In this document: positions 25,019 to 38,300 of the stretch, piece by piece | How positions within the stretch are numbered: position 1 is the first letter of the stretch | Layout of the letters: every line of letters starts with the position of its first letter | NCBI GenBank assembly: GCA_030704615.1 | Contig: CM060732.1 | Location: forward strand, 2,170,001 to 2,234,000 | DNA: 64,000 nt | Source of the DNA: Takakia lepidozioides | Lineage: Eukaryota > Plantae > Bryophyta | Direction of reading: 5' to 3' | The notes under the pieces: generated by a model | Told to the model about the DNA's origin: nothing | The model's database searches: none | The model's input: the letters and a program-made list of their open reading frames with translations, nothing else | Position numbers and translations under genes: made by a program

Positions 25019-25340
25019 CCCAGCCTTCAAACTCTACTCGCTTAATGGATAGCAATGCTATCACATAAACCAATGTTGGTAACCAACGTGCTCTTCCTCT
25101 ACAGGCCACCTGATAAATCTTTATCACTCCTTTCTCCAGACCCCACTCAGGGTCAGCATCATGCACTCTCTTAAGAATGTTTCTTTACAACCGTCTGGCA
25201 ATTCCAAAAACCTCTGGAAGAATCGTTTGGACAATCTTTCCTTCTCAATTTCACAAGGAATTTGATTCACATCAAATTCTTTAATTCTCCATCCCCCATG
25301 ATCCCACCAGATGCCTGTCACATCTGGTTGTTCATGACCC
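24777..25340 (-). CDS. 5' extra ORF of family C (~185 aa, unknown function)
   Basis: Lies between PBS and gag; homologue at 54002-54560 differs mostly at synonymous positions. Confidence 0.6.
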
Positions 25341-25344
25341 AGTT

Positions 25345-25361
25345 CCCCAGTATGGTCGCCA
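25345..25361 (-). promoter_or_regulatory. Primer binding site of C1 (tRNA-Arg-like)
   Basis: TGGCGACCATACTGGGG, 2 nt from the LTR; resembles the complement of the plant tRNA-Arg(UCG) 3' end. Confidence 0.75.
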
Positions 25362-25363
25362 AA

Positions 25364-26382
25364 TGTCGCGCGGCTCTTACTCACCCATCCCTTCGCTATC
25401 CGAGGTGGAAACTCCAAGATAGAAGAGTTGGACATCTCTAAGTACTCAGCCCGCTCAGAACAATCAGTCATGAGCTACAGCTAGTGTATCATGGGGGTGT
25501 TTCCTATTTGTTTTCCTTTCCGCATTCATGTTAGCTAGTTACCTTACTGTTGGTAATTAAGTATCAGTTTGCTTCATCAATCTATCGGATTCCATCAACT
25601 CATCCATTCATTCCACAGCTTCACTCAGATCTCTCTACACAGTGTGAGTATGAAGTGTGTATCAGATTAATATCTATCAAGTATCACGCTGAAGCCATGG
25701 AGTCTCTAATCTGCTCTACATTACAATTCTACTGCCTGCATTCATTAAGCATCAATAGATCGTCCTCCTCCTACTCCGTGCACTCCCTCTTTCTCCTCAG
25801 AGATCCGCTCTCTGCCTCATTTTCCCCCAGTGATGTCAGAAGTCTCCCCCCCCCCAAGAAGTGCTCCTCCCACTCCTTCCAGCAGTGATTCCCCAAGAAG
25901 TGATCCAAGAATTGATCATTTTCCAGTCCTTGCTCCTAGTTTTATCTTCCTCCGTTGTTCTAACCGTTTCCCTCACTAACCGTCGTCCGTGAACTAACAT
26001 GTTCCATTCGCAGGTGTTGCTCCCCACATTCGTTCCCTGTCCTGCTATCCGTTCCCTATGGTCGTGACAGCTGTGTCAAGCTGTGACTGGCTGTGTGAAA
26101 CTGTGAACCGGCTGTGTCGAGCTGTGACTGGCTGTGCGGCTGTGTTTGGCTGTGTTGGCTGTGATGGGCTGTTTCGGGCTGTGACGAGCTGTGTTGACAG
26201 TGTCTGGCTGTGTCGGCTGTGTCGGACTGTGACGGGCAGTGTTGGCTGTGACGAGCTGTGTAACCCCCCCTAAAGTGCGCTGCTGTCACCACTAAGGCTC
26301 CTATTGGTCTCAATCTGTGCAAAAATTAAGGGTACCCCACAGATCCCGTATAAGTGTCTAAGTCCTAGACAGTCCTCTAACA
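25364..26382 (-). repeat. 5' LTR of C1 (1019 bp), abutting the satellite
   Basis: TGTCGCGCGG...CCTCTAACA; homologous to 42402-43481 and 54588-55545. Confidence 0.92.
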
Positions 26383-29300
26383 TGAATATAAAAAAAGAAG
26401 CAAAATGGGGGGCTCAATTAGTGTGCGGTACCGCACACTGTTTGAGCTTCCAATTCGGGGTGGATTCAACCTGCCATAGTGGCCCTATGTGGCCGTTTTG
26501 AACATCAAAAAACAAGGAAAATGGGGGGCTCAAACAGTATGCGGTGCCGCACACTGTTTGAGCTCCCAATTCGGGGTGGATTCAACCTGCCATAGTGGCC
26601 CTATGTGGCCGTTCTGAACATCAAAAAACAAGAAAAATGTGGGGCGCAAAGAGTGTGCAGTGCCGCACACTGTTTGAGCCTCCAATTCGAGGTGGATTCA
26701 ACCTGCCATAGTGGCCCTATGTGGCCGTTTTTAACATGAAAAACCAAGCAAACTGGGTGGCTAAACAGTGTGCGGTGCCGCACACTGTTTGAGCTTCCAA
26801 GTCAGGGTGGATTCAACCTGCCATAGTGGCCCTGTGTTGCCGTTTTGAATATAAAAAAAGAAGCAAAATGGGGGGCTCAATTAGTGTGCGGTACCACACA
26901 CTGTTTGAGCTTCCAATTCGGGTGGATTCAACTGCCATAGTGGCCCTATGTGGCCGTTTTGAACATCAAACAACAAGCAAAATGGGGGGCTCAAACAGTA
27001 TGCGGTGCCGCACAATGTTTGAGCTTCCGATTTGGGGTGGATTCAACCTGCCAAACTGGCCCTATGTGGCCGTTTTGAACATCAAAAAACAAGCAAAATG
27101 GGGGGCTCAAACAGTATGCGGGGCCGCACACTGTTTCAGTTTCCCATTCGGGGTGGATTCAACGTGCCATAGTGGCCCTATGTGGCCGATTTAAACAACA
27201 AAAAACAAGCAAAATAAGGAGCTCAAACAGTATGCGATGCCGCACACTGTTTGAGCTTCCAATTCAGGGTGAATTCAACCTGCCATAGTGGCCCTATGTG
27301 GCCGTTTTGAAATCAAAAACAAGCAAAATGGGGGCTCAAATAGTGTGCGGTGCCCCACACTGTTTGAGCTTCCAATTCAAGGTGGATTCGACCTGCCATA
27401 ATGGCCCTATGTGGCCGTTTTTGAACATGAAAAAACAAGCAAACTGGGGGGCTCAAATAGTGTGCGGTGCTGCACACTGTTTGAGCTTCCAATTTAGGGT
27501 GGATTCAACCTGCCAAAGTGGCCCTATGTGGCCGTTTTGAACATCAAAAAACAAGCAAAATGGGGGGCTCAAACAGTGTGCGGTGCCGCACACTGTTTGA
27601 GCTTCCAATTTTGGGTGGATTCAACCTGCCATAGTGGCCCTATGTGGCCGTTTTGAACATCAAAAAACAAGCAAAATGGGGGGCTCAAACAGTGTGCGGT
27701 GCCGCCCACTCTTTGAGCTCGCACACTGTTTGAGATCCAATTCGGGTGGATTCAACCCCATAGTGGCCCTATGTGGCCGTTTGAAAATCAAAAAACAAGC
27801 AAAATTGGGGGGCTCAAATAGTGTGCGGTGCCCCACACTGTTTGAGCTTCCAATTCAGGGTGGATTCAACCTGCCATAATGGCCCTATGTGGCCGTTTTG
27901 AACATGAAAAAACAAGCAAACTGGGTGGCTCAAATAGTGTGCGGTGTGCCACTGTTTGAGCTTCCAATTGAGGGTGGATTCAACCTGCCATAGTGGCCCT
28001 ATTGGCCGTTTTGAAAATCAGAAAAAGCAAAATGGGGGGTTCAAACAGTGTGCGGTGCCGCACACTGTTTGAGCTTCCGATTTTGGGTGGATTCAACCTG
28101 CCATAGTGGCCCTATGTGGCCGTTTTGAACATCAAAAAACAAGCAAAAATGGGGGGCTCAAACAGTGCGCGGTGCCGCCCACTCTTTGAGCTTCCAATTC
28201 GGGGTGGATTCAACCTGCCATAGTGGCCCTATTGGCCGTTTTGAACATCAAAAAACAAGAAAAAATGCGGGGCTCAAACAATATGCGATGCCGCACAATG
28301 TTTGAGCTTCCAATTCGGGTGGATTCAACCTATCATAGTGCACCTATGTGGCCGTTTTGAACATCAAAAACAAGCAAAAAATGGGGGCTCAAAGAGTATG
28401 CGGTGCCGCACACTGTTTGAGCTTCCAATTCGGGGGGGATTCAACCTTCCATAGTGGCCCTATGTGGCCGTTTTGAAAATCAAAAAACAAGAAAAATGCG
28501 GGGCTCAAACAGTATGCGGTGCGCCCACTCTTGAGCTTCCAATTCGGGGTGGATTCAACCTGCCATAGTGGCCATATGTGGCCGTTTTGAAAATCAAAAA
28601 ACAAGCAAAATGGGGGGGCTCAAATAGTGTGCGGTGCCCACATGTTTGAGCTTCCCATTCAGGGTGGATTCAACCTGCCATAGTGGCCCTATGTGGCCGT
28701 TTTGAACATCAAAAACAAGCAAAATGGGGGGCTCAAACAGTGTGCGGGTGCCGCCCACTCTTTGAGCTTCCAATTCGGGGTGGATTCAACCTGCCATAGT
28801 GGCCCTATGTGGCCGTTTTGAACATCAAAAACAAGAAAAATGCGGGCTCAAACAGTATGCGATGCGCCCACAATGTTTGAGCTTCCAATTCGGGGTGGAT
28901 TCAACCTATCATAGTGGACCTATGTGGCCGTTTTGAACATCAAAAAACAAGCAAATGGGGGGCTCAAAGAGTATGCGGTGCCGCACACTGTTTGAGCTTC
29001 CAATTCGGGGTGGATTTAACCTTCCATAGTGGCCATATGTGGCCGTTTTGAACATCAAAAAAAACAAGAAAATGTGGGGCGCAAAGAGTGTGTAGTGCCG
29101 CACACTGTTTGAGCCTCCAATTGGGGGTGGATTGAACCTGCCATAGTGGCCCTATGTGGCCGTTTTTAACATGAAAAACCAAGCAAACTGGGTGGCTCAA
29201 ACAGTGTGCGGTGCCGCACACTGTTTGAGCTTCCAAGTCAGGGGGTGGATCAACCTGCCATAGTGGCCCTATGTGGCCGATTTGAACATCAAAAAACAAG

Positions 29301-32300
29301 CAAAATGGGGGGCTCAACAATGAGATGCCGCCACTGTTTGAGCTTCCAATTCGGGGTGGATTCAACATTCCATAGTGGCCCTAAGTGACCGTTTTGAACA
29401 TCAAAAAACAAGCAAAAAGGGGGGCTCAAACACTATGCGGGGCCGCACACTGTTTGAGTTTCCAATTCAGGGGGATTCAAGTGCCATAGTGGCCCTATGT
29501 GGCCGATTTGAACATCAAAAAAACAGGCAAAATAAGGGGCTCAAACAGTATGCGATGCCGCACACTGTTTGAGCTTCCAATTCGGGGTGGATTCAACCTG
29601 CCATAGTGGCCCTATGTGGCCGTTTTGAAAATCAAAAAACAAGCAAAATGGGGGGGCTCAAAGAGTGTGCGGTGCCGCACACTGTTTGAGCTTCCAATTC
29701 AGGGTGGATTCAACCTGCCATAGTGACCCTATGTTGCCGTTTTGAACATGCAAAAACAAGCAAACTGGGTGGCTCAAATAGTGTGCGGTGCAGCACATTG
29801 GTTGAGCTTCAAATTCGGGGTGGATTCACCCTGCCTAGTGGCCCTATGTGGCCGTTTTGAACATCAAAAAAACAGCAAAATGGGTGGCTCAAACAATGTG
29901 TGGTGCCGCACATTGTTTGAGCTTCCAATTCGGGGTGGATTCAACCTGCCATACTGGCCCTATAAGGCCGTTTTGAACATCAAAAACCAACCAAATTGGG
30001 GGCTCAATTAGTGTGCGGTGCCGCACACTGTTTGAGCTTCCAATTCGGGGTGGATTCAACTGCCATAGTGGACTATGTGGCCGTTCTGAACATCAAAAAC
30101 AAGCAAAATGGGGGCTCAAAGAGTATGCGGTGCCGCACACTGTTTGAGCTTCCAATTCGGGGTGGATTCAACCTGCCATAGTGGCCCTATGTGGCCGTTT
30201 TGAAAAATCAAAAAACAAGCAAAATTGGGGGGCTCAAATAGTGTGCGGTGCCCCACACTGTTTGAGCTTCCAATTCAGGGTGGATTCAACCTGCCATAAT
30301 GGCCCTATGTGGCCGTTTTGAACATGAAAAAAACAAGCAAACTGGGTGGCTCAAATAGTGTGCGGTGCTGCACACTGTTTGAGCTTCCAATTTAGGGTGG
30401 ATTCAACCTGCCATAGTGGCCCTATGTGGCCGTTTTGACATCAAAAAACAAGCAAAATGGGGGGTTCAAACAGTGTGCGGTGCCGCACACTGTTTGAGCT
30501 TCCGATTTTGGGTGGATTCAACCTGCCATAGTGGCCCTATGTGGCCGTTTTGAACATCAAAAAACAAGCAAAATGGGGGGCTCAAACAGTGTGCGGTGCC
30601 CACTTTGAGCTTCCAATTCGGGGTGGATTCACCTGCCATAGTGGCCCTATGTGGCCGTTTTGAACATCAAAAAACAAGAAAATGCGGGGCTCAAACAATA
30701 TGCGATGCCGCACAATGTTTGAGCTTCCAATTCGGGGTGGATTCAACCTATCATAGTGACCTATGTGGCCGTTTGAACATCAAAAAACAAGCAAAATGGG
30801 GGGCTCAAAGAGTATGCGGTGCCGCACACTGTTTGAGCTTCCAATTCGGGGTGGATTCAACTGCATAGTGGCCCTATGTGGCCGTTTTGAAAATCAAAAA
30901 ACAAGAAAAATGCGGGGCTCAAACAGTATGCTGCCGCCCACTTTGAGCTTCCAATTCGGGGTGGATTCAACCTGCCATAGTGGCCCTATGTGGCCGTTTT
31001 GAAATCAAAAAACAAGCAAAATGGGGGGCTCAAATAGTGCGGTGCCCCACACTGTTTGAGCTTCCAATTCAGGGTGGATCAACCTGCCATAGTGGCCCTA
31101 TGTGGCCGTTTTGAACATCAAAAAAACAAGCAAAATGGGGGGCTCAAACAGTGTGCGTGCCGCCACTCTTTGAGCTTCCAATTCGGGGTGGATTCAACCT
31201 GCCATAGTGGCCCTATGTGGCCGTTTTGAACATCAAAAAACAAGAAAAATGCGGGGCTCAAACAGTATGCGATGCCGCACAATGTTTGAGCTTCCAATTC
31301 GGGGTGGATTCAACCTATCATAGTGGACCTATGTGGCCGTTTTGAACATCAAAAAAACAAGCAAAATGGGGGGCTCAAAGAGTATGCGGTGCCGCACACT
31401 GTTTGAGCTTCCAAATTCGGGGGATTTAACCTTCCATAGTGGCCATATGTGGCCGTTTTAACATCAAAAACAAGAAAATGTGGGGCGCAAAAGAGTGTGT
31501 AGTGCCGCACACTGTTTGAGCCTCCAATTTGGGGTGGATTGAACCTGCCATAGTGGCCCTATGTGGCCGTTTTTAACATGAAAAAACAAGCAAACTGGGT
31601 GGCTCAAACAGTGTGCGGTGCCGCACACTGTTTGAGCTTCCAAGTCAGGGTGGATTCAACCTGCCATAGTGGCCTATGTGGCCGATTTGAACATCAAAAA
31701 CAAGCAAAATGGGGGGCTCAACAATATGAGATGCCGCACACTGTTTGAGCTTCCAATTCGGGGTGGATTCAACATTCCATAGTGGCCCTAAGTGACCGTT
31801 TTGAACATCAAAAAACAAGCAAAAAGGGGGGCTCAAACACTATGCGGGGCCGCACACTGTTGAGTTCCAATTCAGGGTGGATTCAACGTGCCATAGTGGC
31901 CTATGTGGCCGATTTGAACATCAAAAAACAGGCAAAATAAGGGGCTCAAACAGTATGCGATGCCGCACACTGTTTGAGCTTCCAATTCGGGGTGGATTCA
32001 ACCTGCCATAGTGGCCCTATGTGGCCGTTTTGAAATCAAAAACAAGCAAAATGGGGGGGCTCAAAGAGTGTGCGGTGCCGCACACTGTTTGAGCTTCCAA
32101 TTCAGGGTGGATTCAACCTGCCATAGTGACCCTATGTTGCCGTTTTGAACATGCAAAAACAAGCAAAGGGTGGCTCAAATAGTGTGCGGTGCAGCACATT
32201 GGTTGAGCTTCAAATTCGGGGTGGATTCACCCTGCCATAGTGGCCCTATGTGGCCGTTTGAACATCAAAAAACAAGCAAAATGGGTGGCTCAAACATGTG

Positions 32301-35300
32301 TGTGCCGCACATTGTTTGAATTCGGGTGGATTCAACCTGCCATACGGCCCTATAAGGCCGTTTTGAACATCAAAAACCAACCAAATTGGGGGCTCAATTA
32401 GTGTGCGGTGCCGCACACTGTTTGAGCTTCCAATTCGGGGTGGATTCAACCTGCCATAGTGGACCTATGTGGCCGTTTTGAACATCAAAAAACAAGCAAA
32501 ATGGGGGGCTCAAAGAGTATGCGGTGCCGCACACTGTTTGAGCTTCCAATTCGGGGTGGATTCAACCTGCCATAGTGGCCCTATGTGGCCGTTTTGAAAA
32601 TCAAAAAACAAGCAAAATGGGGGGCTCAAATAGGTGCGGTGCCCCACACTGTTTGAGCTTCCAATTCAGGGTGGATTCAACCTGCCAATGGCCTATGTGG
32701 CCGTTTTGAACATGAAAAACAAGCAAAATGGGTGGCTCAAATAGTGGCGGTGCTGCACACTGTTTGAGCTTCCAATTAGGGTGGATTCAACCTGCCATAG
32801 TGGCCCTATGTGGCCGTTTTGAACATCAAAAAACAGCAAAATGGGGGGTTCAAACAGTGTGCGGTGCCCCGCACACTGTTTGAGCTTCCGATTTTGGGTG
32901 GATTCAACCTGCCATAGTGGCCCTATGTGGCCGTTTTGAACATCAAAAAACAAGCAAAATGGGGGGCTCAAACAGTGTGCGGTGCCGCCCACTCTTTGAG
33001 CTTCCAATTCGGGGTGGATTCAACCTGCCATAGTGGCCCTATGTGGCCGTTTTGAACATCAAAAAACAAGAAAAATGCGGGGCTCAAACAGTATGCGATG
33101 CCGCACAATGTTTGAGCTTCCAATTCGGGGTGGATTCAACCTATCATAGTGGACCTATGTGGCCGTTTTGAACATCAAAAAAACAAGCAAAATGGGGGCT
33201 CAAAGAGTATGCGGTGCCGCACACTGTTTGAGCTTCCAATTCGGGTGGATTTAACCTTCCATAGTGGCCATATGTGGCCGTTTTGAACATCAAAAACAAG
33301 AAAAATGTGGGGCGCAAAGAGTGTGTAGTGCCGCACACTGTTTGAGCCTCCAATTTGGGTGGATTGAACCTGCCATAGTGGCCCTATGTGGCCGTTTTTA
33401 ACATGAAAAACCAAGCAAACTGGGTGGCTCAAACAGTGTGCGGTGCCGCACACTGTTTGAGCTTCCAAGTCAGGGTGGATTCAACCTGCCATAGTGGCCC
33501 TATGTGGCCGATTTGAACATCAAAAACAAGCAAAATGGGGGGCTCAAACAATATGAGATGCCGCACACTGTTTGAGCTTCCAATTCGGGTGGATTCAACA
33601 TTCCATAGTGGCCCTAAGTGACCGTTTTGAACATCAAAAAACAAGCAAAAAGGGGGGCTCAAACACTATGCGGGGCCGCACACTGTTTGAGTTTCCAATT
33701 CAGGGTGGATTCAACGTGCCATAGTGGCCCTATGTGGCCGATTTGAACATCAAAAAACAGGCAAAATAAGGGGCTCAAACAGTATGCGATGCCGCACACT
33801 GTTTGAGCTTCCAATTCGGGGTGGATTCAACCTGCCATAGTGGCCCTATGTGGCCGTTTTGAAAATCAAAAAACAAGCAAAATGGGGGGGCTCAAAGAGT
33901 GTGCGGTGCCGCACACTGTTTGAGCTTCCAATTCAGGGTGGATTCAACCTGCCATAGTGACCCTATGTTGCCGTTTTGAACATGCAAAAACAAGCAAACT
34001 GGGTGGCTCAAATAGTGTGCGGTGCAGCACATTGGTTGAGCTTCAAATTCGGGGTGGATTCACCTGCCATAGTGGCCCTATGTGGCCGTTTTGAACATCA
34101 AAAAACAAGCAAAATGGGTGGCTCAAACAATGTGTGGTGCCGCACATTGTTTGAGCTTCCAATTCGGGGTGGATTCAACCTGCCATACTGGCCCTATAAG
34201 GCCGTTTTGAACATCAAAAACCAACCAAATTGGGGGCTCAATTAGTGTGCGGTGCCGCACACTGTTTGAGCTTCCAATTCGGGGTGGATTCAACCTGCCA
34301 TAGTGGACCTATGTGGCCGTTTTGAACATCGAAAAACAAGCAAAATGGGGGGCTCAAAGAGTATGCGGTGCCGCACACTGTTTGAGCTTCCAATTCGGGG
34401 TGGATTCAACCTGCCATAGTGGCCCTATGTGGCCGTTTTGAAAATCAAAAAACAAGCAAAATTGGGGGGCTCAAATAGTGTGCGGTGCCCCACACTGTTT
34501 GAGCTTCCAATTCAGGGTGGATTCAACCTGCCATAATGGCCCTATGTGGCCGTTTTGAACATGAAAAAACAAGCAAACTGGGTGGCTCAAATAGTGTGCG
34601 GTGCTGCACACTGTTTGAGCTTCCAATTGAGGGTGGATTCAACCTGCCATAGTGGCCCTATGTGGCCGTTTTGAACATCAAAAAACAAGCAAAATGGGGG
34701 GTTCAAACAGTGTGCGGTGCCGCACACTGTTTGAGCTTCCGATTTTGGGTGGATTCAACCTGCCATAGTGGCCCTATGTGGCCGTTTTGAACATCAAAAA
34801 ACAAGCAAAATGGGGGGCTCAAACAGTGTGCGGTGCCGCCCACTCTTTGAGCTTCCAATTCGGGGTGGATTCAACCTGCCATAGTGGCCCTATGTGGCCG
34901 TTTTGAACATCAAAAAACAAGAAAAATGCGGGGCTCAAACAATATGCGATGCCGCACAATGTTTGAGCTTCCAATTCGGGGTGGATTCAACCTATCATAG
35001 TGCACCTATGTGGCCGTTTTGAACATCAAAAAACAAGCAAAATGGGGGGCTCAAAGAGTATGCGGTGCCGCACACTGTTTGAGCTTCCAATTCGGGGTGG
35101 ATTCAACCTTCCATAGTGGCCCTATGTGGCCGTTTTGAAAATCAAAAAACAAGAAAAATGCGGGGCTCAAACAGTATGCGGTGCCGCCCACTCTTTGAGC
35201 TTCCAATTCGGGGTGGATTCAACCTGCCATAGTGGCCATATGTGGCCGTTTTGAAAATCAAAAAACAAGCAAAATGGGGGGGCTCAAATAGTGTGCGGTG

Positions 35301-38300
35301 CCCCACACTGTTTGAGCTTCCAATTCAGGGTGGATTCAACCTGCCATAGTGGCCCTATGTGGCCGTTTTGAACATCAAAAAACAAGCAAAATGGGGGGCT
35401 CAAACAGTGTGCGGTGCCGCCCACTCTTTGAGCTTCCAATTCGGGGTGGATTCAACCTGCCATAGTGGCCCTATGTGGCCGTTTCAAAAACAAGAAAAAT
35501 GCGGGGCTCAAACAGTATGCGATGCCGCACAATGTTTGAGCTTCCAATTCGGGGTGGATTCAACCTATCATAGTGGACCTATGTGGCCGTTTTGAACATC
35601 AAAAAACAAGCAAAATGGGGGGCTCAAAGAGTATGCGGTGCCGCACACTGTTTGAGCTTCCAATTCGGGGTGGATTTAACCTTCCATAGTGGCCATATGT
35701 GGCCGTTTTGAACATCAAAAAACAAGAAAAATGTGGGGCGCAAAGAGTGTGTAGTGCCGCACACTGTTTGAGCCTCCAATTTGGGGTGGATTGAACCTGC
35801 CATAGTGGCCCTATGTGGCCGTTTTTAACATGAAAAACCAAGCAAACTGGGTGGCTCAAACAGTGTGCGGTGCCGCACACTGTTTGAGCTTCCAAGTCAG
35901 GGTGGATTCAACCTGCCATAGTGGCCCTATGTGGCCGATTTGAACATCAAAAAACAAGCAAAATGGGGGGCTCAAACAATATGAGATGCCGCACACTGTT
36001 TGAGCTTCCAATTCAGGGTGGATTCAACATTCCATAGTGGCCCTAAGTGACCGTTTTGAACATCAAAAAACAAGCAAAAAGGGGGGCTCAAACACTATGC
36101 GGGGCCGCACACTGTTTGAGTTTCCAATTCAGGGTGGATTCAACGTGCCATAGTGGCCCTATGTGGCCGATTTGAACATCAAAAAACAGGCAAAATAAGG
36201 GGCTCAAACAGTATGCGATGCCGCACACTGTTTGAGCTTCCAATTTCGGGGTGGATTCAACCTGCCATAGTGGCCCTATGTGGCCGTTTTGAAAATCAAA
36301 AAACAAGCAAAATGGGGGGGCTCAAAGAGTGTGCGGTGCCGCACACTGTTTGAGCTTCCAATTCAGGGTGGATTCAACCTGCCATAGTGACCCTATGTTG
36401 CCGTTTTGAACATGCAAAACAAGCAAACTGGGTGGCTCAAATAGTGTGCGGTGCAGCACATTGGTTGAGCTTCAAATTCGGGGTGGATTCACCCTGCCAT
36501 AGTGGCCCTATGTGGCCGTTTTGAACATCAAAAAACAAGCAAAATGGGTGGCTCAAACAATGTGTGGTGCCGCACATTGTTTGAGCTTCCAATTCGGGGT
36601 GGATTCAACCTGCCATACTGGCCCTATAAGGCCGTTTTGAACATCAAAAACCAACCAAATTGGGGGCTCAATTAGTGTGCGGTGCCGCACACTGTTTGAG
36701 CTTCCAATTCGGGTGGATTCAACCTGCCATAGTGGACATATGTGGCCGTTCTGAACATCAAAAAACAAGCAAAATGGGGGGCTCAAAGAGTATGCGGTGC
36801 CGCACACTGTTTGAGCTTCCAATTCGGGGTGGATTCAACCTGCCATAGTGGCCCTATGTGGCCGTTTTGAAAATCAAAAAACAAGCAAAATTGGGGGGCT
36901 CAAATAGTGTGCGGTGCCCCACACTGTTTGAGCTTCCAATTCAGGGTGGATTCAACCTGCCATAATGGCCCTATGTGGCCGTTTTGAACATGAAAAAACA
37001 AGCAAACTGGGTGGCTCAAATAGTGTGCGGTGCTGCACACTGTTTGAGCTTCCAATTTAGGGTGGATTCAACCTGCCATAGTGGCCCTATGTGGCCGTTT
37101 TGAACATCAAAAAACAAGCAAAATGGGGGGTTCAAACAGTGTGCGGTGCCGCACACTGTTGAGCTTCCGATTTTGGGTGGATTCAACCTGCCATAGTGGC
37201 CCTATGTGGCCGTTTTGAACATCAAAAAACAAGCAAAATGGGGGCTCAAACAGTGTGCGGTGCCGCCCACTCTTTGAGCTTCCAATTCGGGGTGGATTCA
37301 ACCTGCCATAGTGCCCTATGTGGCCGTTTTGAACATCAAAAAACAAGAAAAATGCGGGGCTCAAACAATATGCGATGCCGCACAATGTTTGAGCTTCCAA
37401 TTCGGGGTGGATTCAACCTATCATAGTGGACCTATGTGGCCGTTTTGAACATCAAAAAACAAGCAAAATGGGGGGCTCAAAGAGTATGCGGTGCCGCACA
37501 CTGTTTGATCTTCCAATTCGGGGTGGATTCAACCTGCCATAGTGGCCCTATGTGGCCGTTTTGAAAATCAAAAAACAAGAAAAATGCGGGGCTCAAACAG
37601 TATGCGGTGCCGCCCACTCCTTGAGCTTCCAATTCGGGGTGGATTCAACCTGCCATAGTGGCCCTATGTGGCCGTTTTGAAAATCAAAAAACAAGCAAAA
37701 TGGGGGGGCTCAAATAGTGTGCGGTGCCCCACACTGTTTGAGCTTCCAATTCAGGGTGGATTCAACCTGCCATAGTGGCCCTATGTGGCCGTTTTGAACA
37801 TCAAAAAACAAGCAAAATGGGGGGCTCAAACAGTGTGCGGTGCCGCCCACTCTTTGAGCTTCCAATTCGGGTGGATTCAACCTGCCATAGTGGCCCTATG
37901 TGGCCGTTTTGAACATCAAAAAACAAGAAAAATGCGGGGCTCAAACAGTATGCGATGCCGCACAATGTTTGAGCTTCCAATTCGGGGTGGATTCAACCTA
38001 TCATAGTGGACCTATGTGGCCGTTTTGAACATCAAAAAACAAGCAAAATGGGGGGCTCAAAGAGTATGCGGTGCCGCACACTGTTTGAGCTTCCAATTCG
38101 GGGTGGATTTAACCTTCCATAGTGGCCATATGTGGCCGTTTTGAACATCAAAAAACAAGAAAAATGTGGGGCGCAAAGAGTGTGTAGTGCCGCACACTGT
38201 TTGAGCCTCCAATTTGGGGTGGATTGAACCTGCCATAGTGGCCCTATGTGGCCGTTTTTAACATGAAAAACCAAGCAAACTGGGTGGCTCAAACAGTGTG

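Larger units (their letters stand above)
16103..26382 (-). mobile_element. Athila-like Ty3/gypsy element C1; 3'-truncated within integrase, with internal tandem triplication
   Basis: 5' LTR 25364-26382 and tRNA-Arg-type PBS; RT KDPFPLPF...DGFSGYNQ...MPFGLCNAPATFQR...LDDFSVY; no additional archaeal-type RH; homology to C2 stops at 16103 (WGLDFVGP|). Confidence 0.88.
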
